NCBI GenBank assembly: GCA_024281365.1
Contig: JAMXAU010000001.1
Span: 1 to 49,069 of the forward strand
Length of the DNA stretch: 49,069 nt
Reading direction: 5' to 3'
From: Nitrospira sp.
GTDB taxonomy: Bacteria > Nitrospirota > Nitrospiria > Nitrospirales > Nitrospiraceae
The notes under the pieces were generated by a model. That model made no database searches. It was not told the DNA's origin and saw only the letters and a list, made by a program, of their open reading frames with translations. Of the stretch, positions 35,901 to 48,214 are shown one piece after another (the first letter of the stretch is position 1; each line of letters starts with the position of its first letter). The position numbers and the translations under genes are program-made.

Positions 35901-36456
35901 CTTCGCCATTGCCATTTCCCTTGGGCTTCAGCATGGTGTGCCGCTCGAAGAGTTCGTGGAGGCCTTCGTTTTCACTAGGTTTGAACCCAACGGGCCGGTG
36001 AAACTGAACGATCGGATCAAGATGTCGACGTCGATTATCGATTACATCTTCCGTGAATTGGCCGTCACATATCTCGATCGATATGACCTTGCCCAGGTCA
36101 AAGAAGACGATCTGCGCATGGATTCAATGAAGAAAGACGACATGGATCCTGAATGCTTCGACGAGGAAGCCGATCTGAATGCATTGGCCAAGTCTTCCGT
36201 TGTCACAGAACATCTTCCGATCCGTCGGAACGGCGGAAAGGGAAATGGCCATAGCCACGGAAACGGACATAGCGTTGCCCGGCAAGTGGAAATCATGCGG
36301 GAAACGCTGACGTTGACAGAAGTTCAAAATGCCAAGGATGCTAAGGTGAAAGGATATGAAGGGGATCCTTGTCCTGAATGCAAACAGTTCACGATGGTTC
36401 GGAACGGCACGTGTCTCAAATGTGTGAGTTGCGGTTCGACGAGCGGATGTTCGTAA
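32914..36456 (+). CDS. nrdJ: Vitamin B12-dependent (class II) ribonucleotide reductase with C-terminal TSCPD-like domain and zinc ribbon
   Basis: [59 protein letters not shown] and CPEC...CVSCG. Confidence 0.95.
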   Translation: MRIDRKFTRRGVSPYEGLAFVKRSSEIRNPDGSTVFKLEHIDVPEPWSQLAVDILAQKYFRKAGVPQCDQSGQPLADADGKPVLGGERDARQVFERMAGCWTHWGRAYGYFKTSEDAESFHDEMCYMLAHQMAAPNSPQWFNTGLHYAYGLSGPAQGHYYVDPKTQEVVKATNAFEHPQPHACFIQSIEDDLVNENGIMDLWVREARLFKYGSGTGTNFSKLRGDGEGLSGGGRSSGLMSFLKIGDRAAGAIKSGGTTRRAAKMVCLDLDHPDIEEFIDWKVIEEQKVAAMVTGSKICAQRLNAVLKACHTVDGNGALRLDLDRKTNSALRETLASARREMVPEAYIQRMFSYAQQGFTHFVFHEYDTNWDGKAYQTVSGQNSNNSVRIPNEFFAALEADADWELKRRTNGKVCKTIKARELWDRIAWAAWTCADPGTQYDTTINEWHTCPEDGRINASNPCSEYMFLDDTACNLASLNLTKFYGADGQFELEEFRHAVRLWTIALEISVLMASFPSQSIAEKSYQFRTLGLGYANLGTVLMRQGIPYDSPKALAICGAITSIMTGEAYSASAEMAAELSPFPGYAKNREHMLRVIRNHRRAAYQASPEEYERLTIAPAGVRPEHCPPELLLAARRAWDHALELGTAYGYRNAQVTVIAPTGTIGLVMDCDTTGIEPDFALVKFKKLAGGGYFKIINQSIPLALANLGYTDQQVRDIVHYCVGAQTLKGAPFINHDTLRLKGFDDTALDRLERSLSQAFEIQFAFNKYTFGEAFCIEQLGLTEVQLNEKNFNMLKALGFTQEEVAAANDFCCGTMTVEGAPHVKAEHLAVFDCANRCGRIGQRSIAVDAHIRMMAAAQPFISGAISKTINMPSEATVEDVKASYFLAWKSMVKAVALYRDGSKLSQPLSASSDSGKALEAVPGVLEMAEKVTERVLVRYLAKRRPLPSRRNGYTQKAIVGGHKLYLRTGEYEDGTVGEIFLDMHKEGAAFRSLMNCFAIAISLGLQHGVPLEEFVEAFVFTRFEPNGPVKLNDRIKMSTSIIDYIFRELAVTYLDRYDLAQVKEDDLRMDSMKKDDMDPECFDEEADLNALAKSSVVTEHLPIRRNGGKGNGHSHGNGHSVARQVEIMRETLTLTEVQNAKDAKVKGYEGDPCPECKQFTMVRNGTCLKCVSCGSTSGCS

Positions 36457-36703
36457 GGGGTGTGCCACGATGCAAAGTAAGCGGCCTTCATCCTGTGTCG
36501 GGCATCGAAAACGACGTGTTCTGCGGACTCGTGTTGGAAGCAAAAGGCGCTTGATCAGGCGAACCAGGGTTGGAAAGTCCTGTCACACCCTGTCGCCGTG
36601 GCGGGCTCAGGTGAATCATCACGGGGCCTGGACTCCATTACAGGCGGGTCGTTCAACAAGACGAAGAAGGCTGTGATAGCAGCTAGTTACGGGGAGTACC
36701 GAT

Positions 36704-37114
36704 ATGCCGACTACAACGCAGCTCGTCATCAGCGGACAGAGTAAACCAGGCACACTTGCCGGCGTGACGGCAGTGCTCGGTGCAGCGGGAGTGAATATCA
36801 AGGCATTTTCTGCTCCGGAGGTCATGGGCACAGGCAAGTTGCGGTTGCTCGTGGCTGATCTTGATGGGGCACGTGCTGCCTTACGGGCGGCAAAGATCAA
36901 ATTCCGTGAGGAAACGGCCCTGGTCTTGAGCCTTGAAAACAAGCCTGGAGCCTTGAGAAAGGTGGCCGACACGCTTACGAGGAGCCGGATCAATATTAAG
37001 TGCGGCTACTGTACACCCTCAAGGGAGGGAAAGCGGGCCATCGTGGTCCTGACCGTTTCCAAAACTGAAAAAGCCCTCACGATTCTCCGCAACCAATCGC
37101 TCGACGAGTTTTAG
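36704..37114 (+). CDS. Tandem ACT domain protein
   Basis: Two repeats of KPG.L..V...L....(V/I)NI; GGGGAG RBS. Confidence 0.85.
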   Translation: MPTTTQLVISGQSKPGTLAGVTAVLGAAGVNIKAFSAPEVMGTGKLRLLVADLDGARAALRAAKIKFREETALVLSLENKPGALRKVADTLTRSRINIKCGYCTPSREGKRAIVVLTVSKTEKALTILRNQSLDEF

Positions 37115-37117
37115 TCC

Positions 37118-37795
37118 ATGCGGCTAAGGCCGCTCACGGACCCTGCGCCGTTCCTAATCATTGTCTTTGGGCTTGGTGCGGTCCTGTTTCAAGGTTGCGC
37201 GGCACCCCTTCGTCATGTCGATCGCTTGCCCAATTATCCGGTTGGGTTTGTCGAGCGAGGGATGGCTTCGTGGTATGGCCCAGGTTTTCACGGGAAGAAG
37301 ACCGCCAATGGGGAGCGGTACGACATGTATGGGTTGACGGCTGCTCATCGGACGTTGCCCTTGGGATCCGTCGCAGTGGTTCATTCATTACCCTCAGGGC
37401 GGCATGTTACGGTCAGAATCAATGATCGAGGACCCTTTGCCAAGGGGAGAATCTTGGACCTTTCGTTGGCCGGTGCTCAAGCTCTTGGGATGACCGGCAA
37501 CGGAACTGATCAGGTTGAGCTTCGAGTCGTACGCTATGATCCTCGGCCAGAAGGGATGGGGGTCCTCAGGGTTCAAGCCGGCTCCTTTGCAGATCTCCAC
37601 AATGCGCAGGCTCTATTTGCACGGATCCAGCGCGGCTTTGCCGATGGGCGTATTGTCCACACAGAGCTTCCTGAGGGGCGTCGGTACCGAGTCCAGATCG
37701 GCCGGTTCTTGGTCGAGTCCGACGCTCACAAGGCTTCAACGAGTCTTGATCGAATGTTTCATCTCCAATCCTTCGTGATACGAGATGATGGGTAG
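37118..37795 (+). CDS. rlpA: Septal ring lytic transglycosylase RlpA-family lipoprotein with SPOR domain
   Basis: Lipobox FQGC; GMASWYG..FHGKKTANGE.YD, TAAHRTLP, VRINDRGPF, ILDLS; SPOR VQAGSF...YRVQIG. Confidence 0.92.
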   Translation: MRLRPLTDPAPFLIIVFGLGAVLFQGCAAPLRHVDRLPNYPVGFVERGMASWYGPGFHGKKTANGERYDMYGLTAAHRTLPLGSVAVVHSLPSGRHVTVRINDRGPFAKGRILDLSLAGAQALGMTGNGTDQVELRVVRYDPRPEGMGVLRVQAGSFADLHNAQALFARIQRGFADGRIVHTELPEGRRYRVQIGRFLVESDAHKASTSLDRMFHLQSFVIRDDG

Positions 37796-38069
37796 ATGTT
37801 GAACGCCGACAGTAGAAGATGCCGAGATCAGGCCGTCGTTATCCGATGGTCAATTTAGAACTGATTGATTTTTCAGTATGAATTTCTGAATTGCTTGCCT
37901 GCTTGTGAGCCCTGTGATAAATGTATCGGCTGTGAACCCTATTCCAAGTGGTCCCGTTATCCTAATCGTACGATCTTCTGATGGGTGGACTAAGAGGTAT
38001 CCTCTGGGAGACACCCGGCTTCTCATCAGGCCAGCCGCCCTGGTCCAACGTCCCTAAATAGATGATTAC

Positions 38070-39338
38070 ATGGACATCCTCATCCTCCTAGGGTTGATTG
38101 GGTTATCCGCTATTATTTCCACTGCCGAGATCGGCTTCTTTTCGGTCAACGAGACCAAGCTGAGAGCGTTGGCTCAGGCTGGCAGCAAACGAGCGGAGAA
38201 AGCTCTTCAGCTCCGAAGTGACCCTCAAAGACTCTTTTCGGCTATTCTTGTGGGAGATCGTTTGGTAAGCACGGCGATTCCGATGTTTGCCACGTTTATC
38301 ACGCTGAATGCGTACGGTGAGAAGACCATTTTGGAGGAAGCCATCGCCGTCATGGTCGGGATCCTGACCTTCGTCCTGTTGGTCTGCGTGGATGTAGTAC
38401 CGAAGACGTTGGCGGCGAAGTTTTCTGTGCCTGTGACCCTGAATCTGGCCTACCCGATCTATGGGGTTCAGGTGATGCTGCGGCCGCTCCTGTTTTTGAT
38501 GGTGCCGCTGATCTACAGTTTGACAGGAGGAAAGGGACTCACCCATCCCCTTGTCACGGAGGAAGAGCTGAAGATCATGCTCGACCAGGGTGGGAAAGCG
38601 GGCGAGATCGAATCTGAAGAAGTGAAGATGATCAAGAATGTGTTTCAGCTGAAGGGAATTACAGCCGAAGATGCGATGACTCCCCGTATCTATGTGTTTT
38701 CTTTGGACGGAAATCTTTGTCTCAAGGAGGCACAGGAGCAGCTCTACAATTCAAAATACTCCCGCATTCCTCTCTATGACGGCATGCTCGATAACATTAC
38801 GGGCATTCTCTACAAGACCAAGGCGCTGACGGAACTAGCAAAAGGGCGAACTGATTTACGGTTGCGAGATATTGCCCATCCTCCGCTCTTTGTTCCAGCC
38901 GGGAAGACGGCCGATGATTTGATGAAGCAGTTTCAGCAGGAAAAACGACACATGGGCGTTGTCGTAAACGAGTTCGGCGGTGTCATGGGGCTCGTGACTC
39001 TTGAGGATCTCCTCGAAGAGGTGGTCGGTGAGATTGTCGACGAAACGGATATCACGGAAGAACTCATTAAGCGTATCGGAAAGAGCCAGATCCTGGTCCA
39101 TGGGCGGACTGAGGTGCGGAAAGTGAATGACTTTCTCAAGGTCGAGCTGGGAGGAGATGAAGCCCTGACGATCGGAGGATTGATCCAAGAAAATCTCGGT
39201 CGAATCCCCAAGGCGGGCGAAGAACTCCGCATCGAGAATTGCCGATTGGTCGTCCACGAGGCCGATCCTCGCTCGATACGGAGCGTCACTATTTTCAAGG
39301 ATGAGAAGGTAGCGGTTCCGGTCGAAGCTTCCGTGTAA
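38070..39338 (+). CDS. HlyC/CorC (CNNM-CBS-CorC) family membrane protein
   Basis: CNNM TM domain (VPKTLA), CBS pair (MTPR, YSRIPLY, VVNEFGG..GLVTLEDLLEEVVGEI.DE) and CorC domain (TIGGLI...LGRIP..G). Confidence 0.9.
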   Translation: MDILILLGLIGLSAIISTAEIGFFSVNETKLRALAQAGSKRAEKALQLRSDPQRLFSAILVGDRLVSTAIPMFATFITLNAYGEKTILEEAIAVMVGILTFVLLVCVDVVPKTLAAKFSVPVTLNLAYPIYGVQVMLRPLLFLMVPLIYSLTGGKGLTHPLVTEEELKIMLDQGGKAGEIESEEVKMIKNVFQLKGITAEDAMTPRIYVFSLDGNLCLKEAQEQLYNSKYSRIPLYDGMLDNITGILYKTKALTELAKGRTDLRLRDIAHPPLFVPAGKTADDLMKQFQQEKRHMGVVVNEFGGVMGLVTLEDLLEEVVGEIVDETDITEELIKRIGKSQILVHGRTEVRKVNDFLKVELGGDEALTIGGLIQENLGRIPKAGEELRIENCRLVVHEADPRSIRSVTIFKDEKVAVPVEASV

Positions 39339-39340
39339 CT

Positions 39341-41533
<2,193 letters not shown>

Positions 41534-41548
41534 TTAGGTGTGCTCTCT

Positions 41549-41577
41549 TTGACTTTCGCACCAGTGCCCACTATTCT
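41549..41577 (+). promoter_or_regulatory. Candidate sigma70 promoter for the LysM-trp operon
   Basis: TTGACT-N17-TATTCT, 52 bp upstream of ATG 41630. Confidence 0.55.
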
Positions 41578-41629
41578 AAGCGTCTCTTCGTCCTCGGGAA
41601 TCGGTGACGGCCGGGCAAAAGGAGGGTGT

Positions 41630-42277
41630 ATGCGGAGGGATGAGCAGCCAATTTGTGCACAAGTGGGGAAGACCGCTCTTTTCGGAATCCTATTATTCGG
41701 AGGGACGGTGATGAATGGGTGTGTGGTGTTGGAAGAAAAATTCAATGCTGAAAAGGCGAGGAGCCTTAACTTTCAGCGACTCCTGGCCCAGGAGGAAAAG
41801 CGTACGGCTGAATTGGACAGTGAAGTCAAACGGACGAAGGTGGAGCTGGCCGAGTTTGAAGCGAGAAACCGGGAATTGTCGACGCAGGTACAGATGGCAC
41901 GTGAACAGATGGCTCGTCTCCAGGAGGAGACCGAAGCGATCAGGGAAGCCACGGTGCTCGAACGAAAAGCGCTCGAGGACATGCAGCGGAAAGGCCCTTC
42001 TGCTGCGGGAAAGCCGAAAAAAGTTGAGCCATTCAAAGAACCGGCAAAAGTAGCCGCGACAGAATCGGCGGGAGGCGATGCCAAAAGCTCTCTGTCTCAA
42101 GGTACAACACATGCCATGCCGAAGTTCGGCCAAACCGTCCATGTCGTCAAACCTGGGGAGACGCTCTTCGGTATCAGTCGTCGGTATGGTCTCGACATGG
42201 AGAAGGTGAAGAAGATGAACAAGTTGCCTGATGATATCATCGAAGTCGGCCAAAAACTCATGGTGGGAAGCGAGTAG
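41630..42277 (+). CDS. Putative lipoprotein with coiled coil and C-terminal LysM domain
   Basis: AGGAGG RBS; MNGC lipobox-like; long heptad region; HVVKPGETLFGISRRYG...N.L....IEVGQKL. Confidence 0.85.
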   Translation: MRRDEQPICAQVGKTALFGILLFGGTVMNGCVVLEEKFNAEKARSLNFQRLLAQEEKRTAELDSEVKRTKVELAEFEARNRELSTQVQMAREQMARLQEETEAIREATVLERKALEDMQRKGPSAAGKPKKVEPFKEPAKVAATESAGGDAKSSLSQGTTHAMPKFGQTVHVVKPGETLFGISRRYGLDMEKVKKMNKLPDDIIEVGQKLMVGSE

Positions 42278-42286
42278 GGAGACGAG

Positions 42287-43783
42287 GTGCGATCGGTGAC
42301 CTATTCGCTCAGCCTGGATGAGTTTCGTTCCTACGCGAAGCAGGGCAACCTCATTCCCCTCTTTCGCGAAATCCTGGCCGATCAGGATACTCCCGTATCG
42401 GCTTTTGCCAAGATCGACCATGGCCCCTCGGCCTACTTGCTGGAAAGCATTCAGGGAGGGGAGAAATGGGCGCGCTACTCTTTTCTCGGCAGCGGATCCC
42501 CGCTTGTCATCTACGAAGACCGGGGCGACTTATGTGTCAAGAAAGGCGGTCGTATTCGTCGTATCCCCAGCCGAGGTGCTCCCTTAGACCGTCTGCGGGA
42601 AATTCTTGAAGTCTATCGTCCCGTGACGGTGCCGGAGTTGCCTCGCTTTGTCGGTGGAGCCGTGGGGTATCTCGGTTATGACATCGTCAAGACGTTTGAG
42701 GACCTTCCCTCTCGACGAAAAGACGATCTCCATCTTCCGCAGTTCGCCTTTCTCCTGACCGAGACGTTGCTGATTTTTGATAACGTGTCGCAGAAAATTA
42801 AAGTCGTGGCCAACGCGCAGGTCAAGTCCGAATCGGACCGAGACATTCGTGCAGCCTATCGAGATGCGACAACCCGCATTGAAAAGATGATCGCGAGAAT
42901 TCGTCGGCCACTTCGCCGAGTCCAACCCAAGCACCGGCGGTCTCCTCTCCGCTTTACCTCCAATATGAACAAGGCGGATTTTGAGAAAATGGTCTCGCGC
43001 GCGCAGGAATACATTAAGGCGGGCGACATCTTTCAGTGTGTGCTCTCACAGCGATGGGAAACGAATTTGCAGGCGCCGCCGTTTCAGCTCTATCGCGCGC
43101 TTCGCGTGGTGAATCCGTCTCCGTACATGTACTACCTGCGTATCGCGGGAGTGGAACTGGTCGGATCATCCCCGGAAATTCTCGTGCGTTGTGAAGACGG
43201 CCTCGCATCCGTGCGTCCGATTGCGGGGACCAGGCGACGTGGAGTGACGCCGGAAGAAGATGCGGAACTCGAGCGACGGCTGTTGGCGGACGCTAAGGAG
43301 CGGGCCGAACACATTATGCTGGTGGACTTGGGGCGGAACGATATCGGCCGTGTCGCTGAACGGGGATCGGTCAGAGTCGAATCGTTGATGAATGTCGAGC
43401 GGTACTCCCATGTCATGCACATCGTGTCGAATGTCACGGGAAAATTGAGCAAGGACAAGACCGTCTACGATGTGCTCAAGGCCTGCTTTCCTGCCGGCAC
43501 GGTGTCCGGAGCACCGAAGATTCGGGCGATGGAAATCATCGAGGAACTCGAACCGACCAAACGTGGTCCCTATGCCGGGGCGGTCGGCTACATCAGTTTT
43601 TCAGGGAACATGGACATGTGCATCAATATTCGCACCGTCGTGGTCTCACGCCATAGGGCGTTCATTCAAGCCGGTGCCGGTATCGTGGCTGACTCCAATC
43701 CGGTCTATGAGTATGAAGAAACCTGTAACAAGGCCCGTGCCATGATGAAAGCCATCGAATTGGCAGAGCAGGGGCTGGAGTAA
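42287..43783 (+). CDS. trpE: Anthranilate synthase component I
   Basis: LLESIQGGEKWARYS, GDIFQCVLSQR, NPSPYMY, PIAGTRRRG, EHIMLVDLGRND and GTVSGAPK. Confidence 0.95.
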   Translation: MRSVTYSLSLDEFRSYAKQGNLIPLFREILADQDTPVSAFAKIDHGPSAYLLESIQGGEKWARYSFLGSGSPLVIYEDRGDLCVKKGGRIRRIPSRGAPLDRLREILEVYRPVTVPELPRFVGGAVGYLGYDIVKTFEDLPSRRKDDLHLPQFAFLLTETLLIFDNVSQKIKVVANAQVKSESDRDIRAAYRDATTRIEKMIARIRRPLRRVQPKHRRSPLRFTSNMNKADFEKMVSRAQEYIKAGDIFQCVLSQRWETNLQAPPFQLYRALRVVNPSPYMYYLRIAGVELVGSSPEILVRCEDGLASVRPIAGTRRRGVTPEEDAELERRLLADAKERAEHIMLVDLGRNDIGRVAERGSVRVESLMNVERYSHVMHIVSNVTGKLSKDKTVYDVLKACFPAGTVSGAPKIRAMEIIEELEPTKRGPYAGAVGYISFSGNMDMCINIRTVVVSRHRAFIQAGAGIVADSNPVYEYEETCNKARAMMKAIELAEQGLE

Positions 43784-43788
43784 GGAAA

Positions 43789-43877
43789 GAGCGTATGGCA
43801 CATAGCGTATGGCCGGTCGCAAGAGAACGGATCATCGTTGATCGTGCTTATGCCATCAGCCATCAGCCATAAGCGCT
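43789..43877. repeat. Heptamer-periodic inverted repeat between trpE and trpG
   Basis: GCGTATGGCACATAGCGTATGGC ... GCCATCAGCCATCAGCCATAAGC. Confidence 0.65.
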
Positions 43878-43887
43878 TATTTCAATC

Positions 43888-44451
43888 ATGCTACTTGTCA
43901 TTGATAACTACGACTCCTTCACCTACAACCTTGTCCAGTATCTCGGAGAATTGGGCGAGGATGTCCACGTGTACCGAAACGACAAGATTACCTTGGATCA
44001 GATCGAAGAGTTACACCCGGACCGTCTGGTGATTTCTCCCGGACCCTGCACGCCCAAGGAAGCGGGGATTTCTGTCGAGGCGATCCGGCGATTCGGGGGG
44101 AAGATTCCCATTCTTGGTGTCTGTTTGGGGCATCAGTCGATGGCGGTCGCCTATGGGGGGGAAGTGATCCGTGCGTCGCGGCTGATGCACGGGAAGACGT
44201 CACCGGTTCAGCATGACGGCAAGACTATCTTTCGTTCGTTGCCCAACCCGTTTGAAGCCACGCGGTACCATTCGCTGATCGTCAATCGGACGAATTTGCC
44301 GGACTGTTGTGAGATCTCAGCCGAAACTGCCGAAGGTGAAATCATGGGACTTCGGCATAAGACACTGGGCGTCGAAGGCGTGCAGTTCCATCCGGAATCG
44401 ATCCTGACCAGGGTCGGGAAAGATCTGCTCAACAACTTCCTGAAACTCTAG
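43888..44451 (+). CDS. trpG: Anthranilate synthase component II (glutamine amidotransferase)
   Basis: [30 protein letters not shown] and QFHPES. Confidence 0.95.
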   Translation: MLLVIDNYDSFTYNLVQYLGELGEDVHVYRNDKITLDQIEELHPDRLVISPGPCTPKEAGISVEAIRRFGGKIPILGVCLGHQSMAVAYGGEVIRASRLMHGKTSPVQHDGKTIFRSLPNPFEATRYHSLIVNRTNLPDCCEISAETAEGEIMGLRHKTLGVEGVQFHPESILTRVGKDLLNNFLKL

Positions 44452-44474
44452 CCGCTTCTTCTGCTGTGTGACCA

Positions 44475-45488
44475 ATGATTAAAGACGCACTCGCCAAGTT
44501 GGCCGACCGAATCGATCTTTCCGCGCAGGAAGCTGAAACGGTTATGTGCGAGGTCATGGATGGGACGGCCACTTCGGCGCAGATTGCCGCCTACTTGATG
44601 GGGCTCAGGCAGAAAGGCGAAACGGTCGATGAGATCGTCGGCTCGGCCAGAGCAATGCGGTCACGGGCCGTTCGCATCAGTGTCGGAGCGTCCATCGTCG
44701 TGGATACCTGTGGGACCGGTGGGGATGGAGCGAATACATTCAATATCTCGACGACTGCCGCATTTGTCGTGGCGGGGGCCGGCATTACTGTTGCCAAGCA
44801 CGGCAATCGTTCCGTGTCTTCCAGAAGCGGAAGCGCCGATGTGTTGAGCGCCCTCGGCGTAAAGATCGATTTGGAGCGGGAGCGGGTCGCCGACTGTATC
44901 GATGAAGTCGGCATCGGGTTTTTGTTTGCTCCGCACTACCACAGTGCGATGAAACATTGTGCCGGGCCGAGGCAGGAGATGGGCATCCGAACGATCTTAA
45001 ATGTGCTCGGGCCGCTCACGAATCCGGCCGGAGCCACGCATCAAGTGCTTGGGGTGTATGAGGCACAGAAGACGGAAATCCTCGGACGGGTCTTGATGGA
45101 GCTGGGATCTCAACATTGCTTCGTGATTCATGGGATGGATGGACTGGACGAGATTACGCTGTCGGACCGGACAAAAGTCTCCGAGGGTAAAGGCGGTGTC
45201 GTCTCGAGCTACTTTATTGCGCCGGAGGAATTCGAGCTGCCTCGCGTTCCCAGAAAAGAAATTGCAGGTGGGTCGCCGGAGGATAATGCGCGGATCGTAA
45301 AAGAGATTTTGCAGGGTCGGAAAAGCTCCAAACGAGACATCGTTTGTTTGAACGCCGCGCCTGCCATGGTTGCTGGCCAGAAAGCGAAAACACTGAAGGA
45401 AGGCTTCCGTATGGCTCAACAAACGATCGACTCAGGGGCTGCAGCGGAAAAGCTGGATCGACTGGTCGCTTACACGACGAGGGCATGA
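44475..45488 (+). CDS. trpD: Anthranilate phosphoribosyltransferase
   Basis: DTCGTGGDG, NISTT, KHGNRSVSS.SGSAD, GPLTNP and GLDE. Confidence 0.96.
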   Translation: MIKDALAKLADRIDLSAQEAETVMCEVMDGTATSAQIAAYLMGLRQKGETVDEIVGSARAMRSRAVRISVGASIVVDTCGTGGDGANTFNISTTAAFVVAGAGITVAKHGNRSVSSRSGSADVLSALGVKIDLERERVADCIDEVGIGFLFAPHYHSAMKHCAGPRQEMGIRTILNVLGPLTNPAGATHQVLGVYEAQKTEILGRVLMELGSQHCFVIHGMDGLDEITLSDRTKVSEGKGGVVSSYFIAPEEFELPRVPRKEIAGGSPEDNARIVKEILQGRKSSKRDIVCLNAAPAMVAGQKAKTLKEGFRMAQQTIDSGAAAEKLDRLVAYTTRA

Positions 45489-45495
45489 GTACGCG

Positions 45496-46323
45496 ATGAT
45501 TCTCGATCGCATTCTGGAACACAAAAAAGCGGAATTGCGGCATAAGCAAAGCCGGGCCTATCTGGCTGATCTGAAAGCAGCGATCCGTGATGCACCTTCC
45601 ACGCTTGGCTTTGCGGTCACACTCGATGCGACGAAACCTTCGGCCAGTCCCTCGCTCATCGCCGAGGTCAAGAAGGCCTCCCCGAGTCTTGGTCTCTTGC
45701 GGGAAGAGTTCGCGGAGAAGTTTGATCATCTGGGACTGGCGCGTATCTATCAAGAACAAGGCGCTTCGGCCGTTTCGGTCCTGACCGACAAGGATTTTTT
45801 CCAAGGCGACCTCCGGTATCTGAAAGAAATCAAACAAGCATTCCCGATTCCAGCCCTCAATAAAGAATTTATGGTCGGGGACATCCAATTCTATGAGGCT
45901 CGGGCCCATGGGGCCGATGCGATTTTGCTGATCGTCGCAGCATTGGAGAAGCGACAGTTGATCGACTTCCACGCTTTGGCGACAGAACTGGGGATGGATA
46001 GTCTGTTTGAGACGCATCATGAGCGAGAGTTGGATACGGTCTTGGAATGGATTCCTAATGCGCGAATGATCGGGATTAATAACCGGGATTTGAAGACGTT
46101 CACGACCGACCTCGATATCACGTTTCGGCTGGCGAAGCGGATTCCGTCAGATAAGTTGATCATCAGCGAAAGCGGGATTCATAAACGGGATGATGTGGTG
46201 AAACTGAACGAGGCCGGTATTCACGCAATGTTGATCGGAGAGTCGCTTATTCGTGCGGATAACACGGCAGACAAGGTTCGTGAATTACTCGGAACCACAG
46301 CGCATAGTGGACAATCTGTGTAG
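45496..46323 (+). CDS. trpC: Indole-3-glycerol phosphate synthase
   Basis: IAEVKKASPS, SVLTD..FFQG, GINNRDL, SESGI and LIGESL. Confidence 0.96.
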   Translation: MILDRILEHKKAELRHKQSRAYLADLKAAIRDAPSTLGFAVTLDATKPSASPSLIAEVKKASPSLGLLREEFAEKFDHLGLARIYQEQGASAVSVLTDKDFFQGDLRYLKEIKQAFPIPALNKEFMVGDIQFYEARAHGADAILLIVAALEKRQLIDFHALATELGMDSLFETHHERELDTVLEWIPNARMIGINNRDLKTFTTDLDITFRLAKRIPSDKLIISESGIHKRDDVVKLNEAGIHAMLIGESLIRADNTADKVRELLGTTAHSGQSV

Positions 46324-46337
46324 ATGGTGATGTCGAT

Positions 46338-46967
46338 ATGGTGAAGATTAAGATGTGCGGTATCACCAATGTGGACGATGCGAGGGTGGCGGTAGAAGCC
46401 GGTGCGGATGCCTTGGGTTTTGTCATGTATCGGAAAAGTCCCCGCTTTGTAAAACCGGCAGTGGTGAAGGCGATTGTGGCCGGGCTTCCCCCGTTTATGT
46501 TGCCTGTTGGTGTCTTTGTGAATGAAGAGCCAGATCGGGTACGGACATTGATGGATGACTGTGGCCTGGCCTTGGCCCAGCTGCATGGAGACGAAACGGC
46601 GCCCTATTGTCAGGACCTGGGCCGTCCTGTCCTGAAAGCCCTTCGTCTCAAAGATCGAGGGACCTTTCTAGCCCTGGCTGAATTCTCAGGGCGCGCCAAT
46701 GTGCGAGGGTTTCTCATCGATGCCTTTTCCGATCAGGCCTATGGCGGCACCGGGCAGACCGTTGATTGGGGGCTGGCTCAGGAGGTCGCTCTGTCAATGC
46801 CGGTTGTTCTAGCAGGAGGGCTCACTCCGGTGAATGTAGCTGAGGCCATCACCCGCGTGCGTCCCTATGGGGTCGATGTCAGTAGCGGGGTGGAGTTGAG
46901 CCCTGGAAAAAAAGATCACGAGAAGGTGAAGGATTTTATTCGTGCCGCAAGACTTGTAGCCGCTTAA
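46338..46967 (+). CDS. trpF: Phosphoribosylanthranilate isomerase
   Basis: KMCGIT, QLHGDE, GGTG..DW, LAGGL.P.NV and DVSSGVE..PG.KD. Confidence 0.95.
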   Translation: MVKIKMCGITNVDDARVAVEAGADALGFVMYRKSPRFVKPAVVKAIVAGLPPFMLPVGVFVNEEPDRVRTLMDDCGLALAQLHGDETAPYCQDLGRPVLKALRLKDRGTFLALAEFSGRANVRGFLIDAFSDQAYGGTGQTVDWGLAQEVALSMPVVLAGGLTPVNVAEAITRVRPYGVDVSSGVELSPGKKDHEKVKDFIRAARLVAA

Positions 46968-47020
46968 GTGCCGCGACTATACTTTCTTTCCCCCTATGTT
47001 ACGCAGGAGGAGCTGAATAG

Positions 47021-48214
47021 ATGCCGATACTTCCTGACAGTCGTGGCCGCTTTGGACCCTATGGCGGGCGGTATGTGCCCGAAACTCTTATGCCGGCGTT
47101 GCTGGAGCTGGAAGAAGAGTATGCGAAGGTCAAGAAAGACCGTCGCTTCCAAGCAGACCTGGCCTATTACCTCAAGCAATATGTCGGGCGTCCCACTAGC
47201 CTCTATCGTGCCGATCGGCTGACCAAAAAATTGGGTGGCGCCAAGATTTATCTCAAGCGGGAAGACCTGTGCCATACGGGCGCCCATAAGATCAATAATG
47301 CGATCGGACAAGCCTTGCTGGCCGTTCGCATGAAGAAGCCTCGCGTGATTGCTGAAACCGGGGCGGGGCAACATGGCGTGGCCACGGCGACGGCTGCGGC
47401 TATGTTCGGACTCGAGTGCGAAATCTACATGGGCACGGAAGATATGGAACGGCAGGCCTTGAACGTCTTTCGCATGCGGCTGTTGGGGGCCAAGGTGACC
47501 GGGGTGGATGCCGGAAGCCGCACATTGAAAGATGCCATCAGTGAAGCGATGCGTGATTGGACAACAAATGTACGGACGACTCATTATATCCTCGGGTCAG
47601 TCTTAGGGGCGCATCCTTATCCGATGATGATTCGCGATTTTCAGGCCATCATCGGACGGGAAGCGCGGAAGCAGATTCTGGCCGCGGAAGGTAAGTTGCC
47701 GAACTATCTCGTGGCCTGTGTCGGCGGCGGCAGCAATTCGATCGGACTCTTCCATGCCTTTCTGAAAGACCCCAAGGTCAAGATGGTCGGGGTCGAGGCC
47801 GGGGGAACTGGAATCACCAGTGGAAAACATGCGGCGCGATTCTCGGGCGGAAAGCCGGGCGTCTTACAGGGCACGATGACCTATCTTCTTCAAGATGAAA
47901 ATGGACAGATCAATTTGACCCATTCCGTTTCGGCTGGCCTGGACTATGCCGCGGTTGGGCCGGAGCATAGTCTCTATCATGATCTGGGTCGTATCGAGTA
48001 CACCTACGCGACAGATAATGAGGCCATGGCAGCCTTCGATCTACTGGCCCGTGAAGAAGGGATTGTTCCTGCGTTGGAGAGCGCCCATGCCATCGCTCAT
48101 GTGGTCAAGCTGGCACCGACGCTGAAAAAGTCACAGCTCATTATTGCGAATCTATCGGGCCGTGGGGACAAAGACGTCCAACAAGTGGCCAGAATGCGAG
48201 GGGTCACGCTATGA
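47021..48214 (+). CDS. trpB: Tryptophan synthase beta chain
   Basis: [37 protein letters not shown] and LSGRGDKD. Confidence 0.97.
   Translation: MPILPDSRGRFGPYGGRYVPETLMPALLELEEEYAKVKKDRRFQADLAYYLKQYVGRPTSLYRADRLTKKLGGAKIYLKREDLCHTGAHKINNAIGQALLAVRMKKPRVIAETGAGQHGVATATAAAMFGLECEIYMGTEDMERQALNVFRMRLLGAKVTGVDAGSRTLKDAISEAMRDWTTNVRTTHYILGSVLGAHPYPMMIRDFQAIIGREARKQILAAEGKLPNYLVACVGGGSNSIGLFHAFLKDPKVKMVGVEAGGTGITSGKHAARFSGGKPGVLQGTMTYLLQDENGQINLTHSVSAGLDYAAVGPEHSLYHDLGRIEYTYATDNEAMAAFDLLAREEGIVPALESAHAIAHVVKLAPTLKKSQLIIANLSGRGDKDVQQVARMRGVTL

Noticed and set aside
32914-36456. Intein or intron in the long nrdJ
   Set aside because: No intein splice-junction or LAGLIDADG motifs seen; the length is explained by the usual insertions and C-terminal domains.
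36470-36676. 68-aa Arg-rich ORF after nrdJ
   Set aside because: No recognisable motif and composition typical of spurious GC-rich ORFs; cannot be supported.
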